The notes: generated from the letters alone by a model not told the origin. Positions 10,323 through 16,079 are shown, counted from the stretch's first letter. The stretch is DNA of 24,000 bases from an uncultured Candidatus Saccharibacteria bacterium (GCA_964415875.1 CAYQCB010000011.1:1-24000), one strand, 5' to 3'. Numbers and translations are program-made.

Positions 10323-10922
10323 ATGAGAAAAACTGCACGAAATGTCGTTGTTGTGGGAGCCGCAGGAGTGGCTTTCGCTGCAGCCGGTCTCTTGCCTGCC
10401 TTTACGCTTGCTGCGCAGGATGCGCGTCCGCAAGGTCCCTCAGCCACACAGCGGCGCTTTGGGACCGTCTCTGCGATTTCAGGCTCGTCTATAACGCTTG
10501 CGACAAAGGACGGTGCAACCTACACCGTCGACGCTCGTGATGCGCACTTGGTACACGCTGGTGGAGACGCAGTGCTCTCTGCAGTCTCTGTGGGCGACCC
10601 CATCGCCGTTATTGGTCCAAATCCCGAGGAAGGTGCTTCTGTGGGTGAATATGCGCATGCGGCGCAGCGTGGCGTCATTGTGGGTGGTTCTGTGGTCGCG
10701 GTTTCTTCTGGGGAACTAACAGTGATGCCGAAGAGCCGTCCGGGCGGCATAGCCCGCCCCGCAGTAACGGTCACTACTGACGCTCATACCGTGTTTACCA
10801 GAGCAGGGCAGACGTTATCCCCAAGTGCCGTGCCGCTCGGCGCTGATGTTATTGTTTCTGGTACGCGCGAGGTGGGAAGTATGGATATGCTCGCGTCAAA
10901 GATACTCGTGCGCACTCACTAG
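10323..10922 (+). CDS. Secreted/membrane-anchored hypothetical protein, DUF5666-like beta-rich domain
   Basis: Signal-like N-terminus (VVVVGAAGVAFAAAGLLPAFTLAA), then repeated GTVSAISGSSITLATKDG.TYTVDARDA / SVVAVSSGELTV pattern. Confidence 0.6.
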   Translation: MRKTARNVVVVGAAGVAFAAAGLLPAFTLAAQDARPQGPSATQRRFGTVSAISGSSITLATKDGATYTVDARDAHLVHAGGDAVLSAVSVGDPIAVIGPNPEEGASVGEYAHAAQRGVIVGGSVVAVSSGELTVMPKSRPGGIARPAVTVTTDAHTVFTRAGQTLSPSAVPLGADVIVSGTREVGSMDMLASKILVRTH

Positions 10923-10958
10923 GTTTGCTATACTACGGGGGTAACTGAAATCACCATC

Positions 10959-11201
10959 ATGGATAAAACAATCACTATTTACAGCACGCCGACTTGCCAC
11001 TTCTGCCAGATGACGAAAGAGTTTCTCGGAGAAAAGGGTATCAGCTATACGGACTATGACGTAGCGCATGATCTTGAAAAGCGCCAGGAAATGATTCAGA
11101 AATCGGGGCAGATGGGCGTGCCGGTCATCTTCATCGGAGATGAAATGATCATTGGTTTTGACAAGGAGCGGCTTGTCTCCACACTCGGAATCGAAGCATA
11201 A
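10959..11201 (+). CDS. Glutaredoxin-like (NrdH/Grx family) protein
   Basis: ITIYSTPTCHFCQMTKEFLGEKGISYTDYDV...MGVPVIFIGDEMIIGFDKERL; CxxC motif, GVPV cis-Pro. Confidence 0.9.
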   Translation: MDKTITIYSTPTCHFCQMTKEFLGEKGISYTDYDVAHDLEKRQEMIQKSGQMGVPVIFIGDEMIIGFDKERLVSTLGIEA

Positions 11202-11208
11202 GCGAAAC

Positions 11209-11250
11209 CACAAAAGCGCCCGGGGCCTACAGGCCCCGGGCGCTTTTGTG
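11209..11250. terminator. Terminator after glutaredoxin-like gene
   Basis: CACAAAAGCGCCCGGGGCCT-AC-AGGCCCCGGGCGCTTTTGTG, 20-bp perfect arms. Confidence 0.9.
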
Positions 11251-11268
11251 TTAGTCTCAAACCGTATT

Positions 11269-11340
11269 GCCCTTGTAGTTCAATGGATAGAACAGAGGCT
11301 TCCTAAGCTTCCGATCTAGGTTCGACTCCTAGCTAGGGCA
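11269..11340 (+). tRNA. tRNA-Arg(CCT), CCA not encoded
   Basis: GCCCTTG TA GTTC AATGGATA GAAC A GAGGC TTCCTAA GCTTC ... CTAGG TTCGACT CCTAG CTAGGGC A; anticodon CCT. Confidence 0.93.
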
Positions 11341-11514
11341 CAAAAATCCCCACAGGGCTATGTGCCGACCAGTAAAAAAACAAAAACTGAGTTTAGAGGA
11401 GAGAGATTTTAGCTTCGTCCCCTGGATGCTTGCGCGCCCAGGCTCTGATGCTTTTCGCTCAAACAGTATTTAATTAATTCCACCCGTCGACCCATAGCCC
11501 TCTAGGGACTTGGT

Positions 11515-11565
11515 ACCTTTTCGTCCTTTTGGACTCATCAGCTCGAGCACACACTCGAGTAAGGC
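11515..11565 (-). ncRNA. Type III hammerhead self-cleaving ribozyme (predicted cleavage between 11560 and 11559)
   Basis: Minus strand: GCCUU A | CUCGAG-UGUGUG-CUCGAG CUGAUGA GUCC-AAAA-GGAC GAAA AGGU. All 11 core residues present, stem I 6 bp, stem II 4 bp, stem III 4 bp plus G-U, UUA fits the NUH rule. Confidence 0.88.
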
Positions 11566-11603
11566 TAGGTTTTTTAGGGAAACCTACAAACCTGGGTGGG
11601 GAA

Positions 11604-11843
11604 TCATTGTCCCCACCACTCAGCAAACGGATCGAGCAGCGTCGGTGAGGCGTAGTGCACCGTCGGAGTGGCGACAGTCCTGCATTCATCGCGTAAGGCC
11701 TGCGCCACCAAAAACTCGAAGTGCGACACAAGCTCTCCCTGCTTTCTCAAGGCATATCGCGGAGCGGCGAGCGGCTCGAAAGTCACAATATTCGACACGC
11801 CATCATTTTCCATTTGGGCATTTCCCCATAGGGTGAGGGTCAT
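11604..11843 (-). CDS. Hypothetical 79-aa protein, start overlaps upstream stop (ATGA)
   Basis: MTLTLWGNAQMENDGVSNIVTFEPLAAPRYALRKQGELVSHFEFLVAQALRDECRTVATPTVHYASPTLLDPFAEWWGQ; start codon overlaps stop of the 63-aa ORF. Confidence 0.5.
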   Translation of the reverse strand: MTLTLWGNAQMENDGVSNIVTFEPLAAPRYALRKQGELVSHFEFLVAQALRDECRTVATPTVHYASPTLLDPFAEWWGQ

Positions 11844-12031
11844 TTTCCGTTGATAGCTCGCCCTAGGGCTACGAGAAGCCCTCCAATAGCACTGCGCATC
11901 AGGCGCACTGCTGCCAGGATTGGCCATCGGAAAACCGCAGCCGCTGCGTGGGGCCCACGAATCATCATGGCCGCTCCCACCAGCACCATCCAGAGAGCGG
12001 TCAGTGAGACGATAAGGTTTGAAAAGTCCAT
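11840..12031 (-). CDS. Hypothetical small membrane protein (63 aa)
   Basis: RBS GAAAGGAGTCTTC-ATG; MDFSNLIVSLTALWMVLVGAAMMIRGPHAAAAVFRWPILAAV... with a hydrophobic helix. Confidence 0.65.
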   Translation of the reverse strand: MDFSNLIVSLTALWMVLVGAAMMIRGPHAAAAVFRWPILAAVRLMRSAIGGLLVALGRAINGK

Positions 12032-12075
12032 GAAGACTCCTTTCTGTTTCGGGATGGCACCATTGCGACCCCCTT

Positions 12076-12106
12076 ATGCCGCCCTGCACCTATTGCAGGG
12101 CGGCAT
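12076..12106. terminator. Strong hairpin overlapping the microprotein stop codon (possible attenuator/processing site; no U-tract)
   Basis: ATGCCGCCCTGCA-CCTAT-TGCAGGGCGGCAT, 13-bp perfect arms. Confidence 0.4.
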
Positions 12107-12203
12107 AAATTGGGGCGAGCAAGCTGCTCAGAAGCCAGTGATATTCGATGCCGAGCAGCACTGCTGCCGCGACGAGCGCAACTAGAAACAAAAAGCTATC
12201 CAC
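12090..12203 (-). CDS. Putative 37-aa membrane microprotein, GTG start
   Basis: AAAGGAGAGTAAGCTG-GTG; VDSFLFLVALVAAAVLLGIEYHWLLSSLLAPIYAALQ, RBS overlaps end of upstream gene. Confidence 0.5.
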   Translation of the reverse strand: MDSFLFLVALVAAAVLLGIEYHWLLSSLLAPIYAALQ

Positions 12204-12207
12204 CAGC

Positions 12208-12579
12208 TTACTCTCCTTTCACCACCTCTCCCCACAGGAAGTCGGTGATCTTCCCAGCCAGTTCATCGGAGATCCCAATATCGACGAGGATCCCTTTTCC
12301 GACCTCGAGCGCCAGATCTTCCTCGCGGCTCCGCTTGCTGGTGACCTTTGCGGCCAGTTTCGGGTAGGCGGCCAAAAACCGTGCCTCCTTGGCGAAGTCA
12401 CGGCGATTTTTTGCGATGTCACGAAGACCATTCTTGAGACCATCGATGAAACCACCAAGGCTGTTCTCTGTGACCTCCACCAAAATGGAGATTTCCACGG
12501 AGGCGAGCTCCTTTTTTGTGCTTGCCTCTGACACCAACTGGGTCACAGCCTCAGTCCAGAGCTCGTTTGGAATAGCCAT
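12208..12579 (-). CDS. Hypothetical 123-aa protein
   Basis: RBS TAGGAGAAACGTGCC-ATG; MAIPNELWTEAVTQLVSEASTKKELASVEISILVEVTENSLGGFIDGLKNG..., predominantly helical, no recognised family. Confidence 0.7.
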   Translation of the reverse strand: MAIPNELWTEAVTQLVSEASTKKELASVEISILVEVTENSLGGFIDGLKNGLRDIAKNRRDFAKEARFLAAYPKLAAKVTSKRSREEDLALEVGKGILVDIGISDELAGKITDFLWGEVVKGE

Positions 12580-12641
12580 GGCACGTTTCTCCTACCCCTG
12601 ATCCCCGGGCGCGGGTGCACCGTGTGGTGCAAAGGACACAG

Positions 12642-12676
12642 TAGGCGCGCGACTCATTTTATGAGTCGCGCGCCTA
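12642..12676. repeat. 16-bp perfect inverted repeat
   Basis: TAGGCGCGCGACTCAT-TTT-ATGAGTCGCGCGCCTA. Confidence 0.95.
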
Positions 12677-12772
12677 TGAGTGCCCAGTACCATTCTCTAC
12701 CAACGCGCGAGTCTCGTGCGCTGGATAAAGCGGATGAACACCAGAACCAACTGAATGTTCACCCGAAGCTGC

Positions 12773-12930
12773 CAAACCATACAACGACACAGAGTGACAG
12801 AACTCTGAGCGAGGGCGGAGCTCATTCCGCGTGGGCCAGACGCTATCGCATTGGTTTCCTCCTTTGCGACGATTGTGTAGAAACTGCCGTGTCAGTTTCT
12901 ACGGAAAGAACAAGCCACCACACGGGGTGG
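12773..12930 (-). repeat. Direct repeat copy A: structured element located 3' of the 180-aa gene
   Basis: Shares with copy B: ACAACGACACAGAGyGACAGAACTCTGAGCGAGGGCGGwGCTCAT, ATCGCATTGGTTTCCTCCTTTGCGA, GTGTAGAAACTGCCGTGTCAGTTTCTACGG and CCACCrCACGGGGTGG (plus-strand reading). Confidence 0.95.
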
Positions 12931-12936
12931 GGGAGG

Positions 12937-13479
12937 CTAGACGGTCACCGGCCGCATCGGGTCGATGACCCCGGCCCCCTCGAGGGCCGTGATGAGGGCC
13001 CGGCCGAGCGCGGCGCGCTCAGCCTCCCCCTTCTGGTAGTTGGCGAGCCAGTCGACCGCTCTCGCGACCGACAGTTCGGAGGTCTCAAACGAGACCTCCG
13101 CCGCCTCCAGGGCGGAGGCGATCACCTCCGCCCTCCAGACGGATGCGCCCGGGAACGTCACCCGGGCGCGGTAACCACCGCCGGACGCGAGTCCGACGGC
13201 GATTTGCGTCGCCGATGAAGGGGTGGTCAACACGACCTCCCCCTGCTGCGTCGACTCCACCGTGGTGAAGTCGACGCAGTCCTGGGCGGAGACAAGTTCC
13301 GCCTCTAGCGTGCGGCAGTCGGAGGCGATAAACGCCCCCAACATGATGACAGCGAGCGCCTCGCGCTCCCCCAACGTCCCATTGAGGGACCCGAAGGGGG
13401 CGAATGCCCCCGCGAGGAACCTGACCGCCTCGACGGCGGTCAGGTTGGCCGACGAAATCTCAGTCACGATTTTGGCCAT
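12937..13479 (-). CDS. Hypothetical 180-aa protein
   Basis: RBS AAAGGAGGCCATT-ATG; MAKIVTEISSANLTAVEAVRFLAGAFAPFGSLNGTLGEREALAVIM...; no recognised family. Confidence 0.75.
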   Translation of the reverse strand: MAKIVTEISSANLTAVEAVRFLAGAFAPFGSLNGTLGEREALAVIMLGAFIASDCRTLEAELVSAQDCVDFTTVESTQQGEVVLTTPSSATQIAVGLASGGGYRARVTFPGASVWRAEVIASALEAAEVSFETSELSVARAVDWLANYQKGEAERAALGRALITALEGAGVIDPMRPVTV

Positions 13480-13729
13480 AATGGCCTCCTTTACTGGCCA
13501 TGTGCCCGGGGGCATACATACGGCCGATTGAACACTTGCTACGGGAATCCGCAGCAAGAAAGTCTGCGGGGAGCGTTACCTCCCCGATTGGTGCCGAGCG
13601 GAGTTGAATCACTCGGTCAATGAGCCCAGCGCCTTGCAGCGCGGGAAAGTCTGGGAATCGCACCTTGCGATCCCTTTCAAATTCTCCACGCGGGGTGAAG
13701 TGCTTGAAAGGGAAGGTCAACATAACCAT
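13460..13729 (-). CDS. Hypothetical 89-aa protein overlapping start of the 180-aa gene
   Basis: RBS TTGGAGGTCAGC-ATG; MVMLTFPFKHFTPRGEFERDRKVRFPDFPALQGAGLIDRVIQLRSAPIGEV...; contains RBS of next gene. Confidence 0.5.
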   Translation of the reverse strand: MVMLTFPFKHFTPRGEFERDRKVRFPDFPALQGAGLIDRVIQLRSAPIGEVTLPADFLAADSRSKCSIGRMYAPGHMASKGGHYGQNRD

Positions 13730-13748
13730 GCTGACCTCCAAGCCGTCT

Positions 13749-13929
13749 AACCGATACAACGACACAGAGCGACAGAACTCTGAGCGAGGGCGGTGCTCAT
13801 CTCCGCACGGAGCAAGTACGGCCCAGGGGCCGTCACGTACATCGCATTGGTTTCCTCCTTTGCGATTGTTGTGTAGAAACTGCCGTGTCAGTTTCTACGG
13901 GTTAAAGAACAGCCCACCGCACGGGGTGG
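13749..13929 (-). repeat. Direct repeat copy B: structured element located 3' of the 198-aa gene
   Basis: Near-identical blocks to 12773-12930 with a ~20-nt insertion in the middle. Confidence 0.95.
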
Positions 13930-13935
13930 TTTCGG

Positions 13936-14532
13936 CTAGTCGACCCGTTTGATGCCGCTAAAGAACACGGCATCCAAGTCCTCGAATACCTCGTTAATTG
14001 CCAGTGCGGCGACGGGATTCGTTTCCGTCGCCGACTGGCCACGCATTACCGAGGCGAAGTTCCTCAGTCTTCCGAGCCGGAGCTCGTCGAGGCACCCCTG
14101 GAGGTAGGTTTGCCTCCCCCGGGGGTTCCCTTCGGCCGCCTTTTGGGCGGCACGAAAGGCCTCCTCGGAGGCCTTCACAAGGTGGTACTCGGGGTTCAGT
14201 CCGTAGGGCAGAGACCCGAAGGCCTCCATGTACAGCCGATGCGGAAAGCCCGCGAAGTCGCCCGTGAGGGCGTACTCTAGCACCACATCGATTGCGTCGG
14301 GGATCGAAACTCCCGCCGCCAAGAATTCACCCCGTACCATTGCGACAAATGCCGCAACGGTTGCCTCCCTTTGTGGGAGGTGCGCGATGTGCTGATCGCG
14401 CGCCTCCCTGTGCGCCATATCCTCGACGCGGTAAAAGCCCGCAGCGCGTGCCTTGGCCCGGGCCGCTTCCGCAGCGCGGCCGGTCAGAGCCTTGGCTCTG
14501 ACGACGATCGGGTCGTTCGAGAATCTCGCCAT
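13936..14532 (-). CDS. Hypothetical 198-aa protein
   Basis: MARFSNDPIVVRAKALTGRAAEAARAKARAAGFYRVEDMAHREARDQHIAHLPQREATVAAFVAMVRGEFLAAG...; preceded by GGAAGGTAAAGTTATT; the track's longer N-terminus has no obvious support. Confidence 0.75.
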   Translation of the reverse strand: MARFSNDPIVVRAKALTGRAAEAARAKARAAGFYRVEDMAHREARDQHIAHLPQREATVAAFVAMVRGEFLAAGVSIPDAIDVVLEYALTGDFAGFPHRLYMEAFGSLPYGLNPEYHLVKASEEAFRAAQKAAEGNPRGRQTYLQGCLDELRLGRLRNFASVMRGQSATETNPVAALAINEVFEDLDAVFFSGIKRVD

Positions 14533-14539
14533 AATAACT

Positions 14540-14734
14540 TTACCTTCCATTCCAGGTAACATGCAGTACCGCGCATGTGCGGACGGCCACCCTTGTGACC
14601 TGGGAATCTTGCGATCCCTCGTACCGTACCGATTCGTCTTGTGGACACGGCGTGTCCACAAGTGGGGAATCAGTCCGGCAACGAGGAATAACAGTGCAGT
14701 CGCTCTTTTTGAGCAGTTGTTCTGCGTTACTCAT
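14540..14734 (-). CDS. Possible 64-aa leader ORF
   Basis: MSNAEQLLKKSDCTVIPRCRTDSPLVDTPCPQDESVRYEGSQDSQVTRVAVRTCAVLHVTWNGR; weak RBS (ATAGGTAACT-ATG), directly upstream of the 198-aa gene. Confidence 0.4.
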   Translation of the reverse strand: MSNAEQLLKKSDCTVIPRCRTDSPLVDTPCPQDESVRYEGSQDSQVTRVAVRTCAVLHVTWNGR

Positions 14735-14832
14735 AGTTACCTATTCAGTTTTCAAGGTACCTTCTGCCTTCGCAGAGAGAAGTCGGAGGCGATGCAATAA
14801 TAGCTGCTCTCGCCAGCCGGCTTCTTCCAACG

Positions 14833-14874
14833 AAAAGGCGACCGATTTCTCCAGGGAGAAATCGGTCGCCTTTT
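14833..14874. terminator. Very strong bidirectional terminator/attenuator-like hairpin in the operon leader
   Basis: AAAAGGCGACCGATTTCTCC-AG-GGAGAAATCGGTCGCCTTTT, 20-bp perfect arms. Confidence 0.85.
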
Positions 14875-14889
14875 CCCCAAATAGCGTAG

Positions 14890-14931
14890 CTATTTGGCGC
14901 CTGGGGCAGTGGGCCCCTGGCTTTGCGACAC
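14890..14931 (-). CDS. Putative 13-aa leader peptide MSQSQGPTAPGAK (GTG start)
   Basis: GAGGAGAAAGTC-GTG TCG CAA AGC CAG GGG CCC ACT GCC CCA GGC GCC AAA TAG; the stop codon lies inside a 9-bp hairpin (14877-14897). Confidence 0.5.
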   Translation of the reverse strand: MSQSQGPTAPGAK

Positions 14932-14998
14932 GACTTTCTCCTCTAAAAGAAAGTGTGTTTATTTACTGGGATGGAAGGTTCAACTAACTCGTACTGCT

Positions 14999-15026
14999 AG
15001 TATACATGAACCGTGAGATTTGTCAA
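14999..15026 (-). promoter_or_regulatory. Proximal sigma70-type promoter
   Basis: Minus strand TTGACA (15026-15021), 16-nt spacer, TATACT (15004-14999). Confidence 0.85.
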
Positions 15027-15077
15027 GTGCCTGGAGCTCTGCCTCTGCAACTGCCCGGAACTTGACTAACTGCAAAT

Positions 15078-15105
15078 AGTATACACGAAGGCGTATATTT
15101 GTCAA
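15078..15105 (-). promoter_or_regulatory. Distal sigma70-type promoter, near duplicate of the proximal one
   Basis: Minus strand TTGACA (15105-15100), 16-nt spacer, TATACT (15083-15078). Confidence 0.85.
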
Positions 15106-15191
15106 GTATTTTCTATATCCACGCGTTTGCGCAAAAGCCGACTTTTTAAGGGTATACTGTCTGCATTATCCCCACTTAGCTTACCGACTTC

Positions 15192-15668
15192 ATGTTTAGA
15201 GACTCTGCCAATTTCATCAGCCGCTACTTCTACCGTCAACCAGCTGGCATGTTTTTCCTCAGGCTTGTTACGGGTTTGATTTTCATTATGCATGGTCTCA
15301 TGAAGCTGCAGTCGCCCGAGATGATGGCGGGTTTCTTTGGTACTCTTGGACTTCACCCCGCTCTTTTCTGGGTGTGGGCAATAGGACTGCTTGAAGTGGT
15401 GGGAGGCGCAGCGCTTATCCTAGGCGTTGCAGCGCGCGTCTTTGGCGGGCTGCTTGCCATAGAAATGATTGCGGCCATTTTCCTTACGGGTCTTGGCAGA
15501 GGGTTTGGTGCGCATGAGTTTGAACTCTTGCTGGCAGTTGCTGCACTTGCTATAGGGCTCTCAGGTAGCGGACGCTGGTCGCTCTACAATCACAGTTGTG
15601 TGCGATGCGGTGGAGTCTTTTGCAATGGCGACACCTGTGTCGTCGCTGTAAGCGAAGAAGTGGTGTAA
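15192..15668 (+). CDS. DoxX family membrane protein
   Basis: ISRYFYRQPAGMFFLRLVTGLIFIMHGLMKLQSPEMMAGFFGTLGL...LLEVVGGAALILGVAARVFGGLLAIEM; 4-TM DoxX pattern. Confidence 0.85.
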   Translation: MFRDSANFISRYFYRQPAGMFFLRLVTGLIFIMHGLMKLQSPEMMAGFFGTLGLHPALFWVWAIGLLEVVGGAALILGVAARVFGGLLAIEMIAAIFLTGLGRGFGAHEFELLLAVAALAIGLSGSGRWSLYNHSCVRCGGVFCNGDTCVVAVSEEVV

Positions 15669-15710
15669 CGCTCCTTGTGGAATTGAGCTGGTACACAGGC
15701 GGTAAAAAGT

Positions 15711-16004
15711 ATGGATCCTGAACTGAGACGCGCACTTAGCGATCTACACGCGCTCACCAAAGACAATCACCGCATGCTGCGAGCAATTCGTCGCGAGTAC
15801 TGGTTTGGGGTGGTAGGTCGCATCGTAATCTGGGTGCTGGTACTAGCGTTGCCACTGTTCTTGTACCAACAATACGTGGGGCCAATCGTCTCAAACTATC
15901 TCGCTGCAGTGGGCGCCAAGCCCTCAGGCCCTTTTGGATTCCCGACTTCCACTGATATTCAAAAGCTGCTAGACTCAATGAGAGTGGGCACCACGAGCCC
16001 ATAG
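15711..16004 (+). CDS. Small single-TM hypothetical protein
   Basis: MDPELRRALSDLHALTKDNHRMLRAIRREYWFGVVGRIVIWVLVLALPLFLYQQY... Confidence 0.7.
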   Translation: MDPELRRALSDLHALTKDNHRMLRAIRREYWFGVVGRIVIWVLVLALPLFLYQQYVGPIVSNYLAAVGAKPSGPFGFPTSTDIQKLLDSMRVGTTSP

Positions 16005-16006
16005 AC

Positions 16007-16079
16007 GCTTGGATAGCTCAGTTGGTAGAGCATTCCCCTGAAGAGGGAAGGGTCGTCGGTTCGAGCCCGACTCCAAGCA
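16007..16079 (+). tRNA. tRNA-Phe(GAA)
   Basis: GCTTGGA TA GCTCAGTTGGTAGAGC A TTCCC CTGAAGA GGGAA ... GTCGG TTCGAGC CCGAC TCCAAGC A. Confidence 0.95.

Noticed and set aside
11418-11460. Possible second hammerhead-like motif on the plus strand (CTCTGATGC...TTTTCG)
   Set aside because: Lacks the CUGAUGA/GAAA core and closing stems; chance resemblance.
11474-11731. 85-aa minus-strand ORF overlapping the hammerhead
   Set aside because: Its translation runs through the ribozyme and the end of the 79-aa ORF in another frame, with no RBS and biased composition; better explained as non-coding.
11604-12089. 161-aa version of the minus-strand ORF in the track
   Set aside because: The first ~80 codons overlap the better-supported 63-aa membrane ORF with a strong SD; the internal ATG at 11843 coupled by ATGA is more likely.
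12622-13218. 198-aa plus-strand ORF (MWCKGHSRRATHFMSRAPMSAQ...)
   Set aside because: Antisense to the better-supported minus-strand gene, runs through repeat copy A, low-complexity R/H/P-rich composition, no RBS support.
12773-13929. CRISPR array or integron attC cassette array
   Set aside because: Only two long (>150 nt) repeats ~1 kb apart with genes between, no short regular repeats/spacers, no cas or intI gene, and no recognisable attC core sites.
11341-15190. Classical tRNA-integrated island with att repeats and an integrase
   Set aside because: I found no second copy of the tRNA-Arg 3' end near 15.1 kb and no integrase/recombinase ORF in the window; only the positional argument remains.
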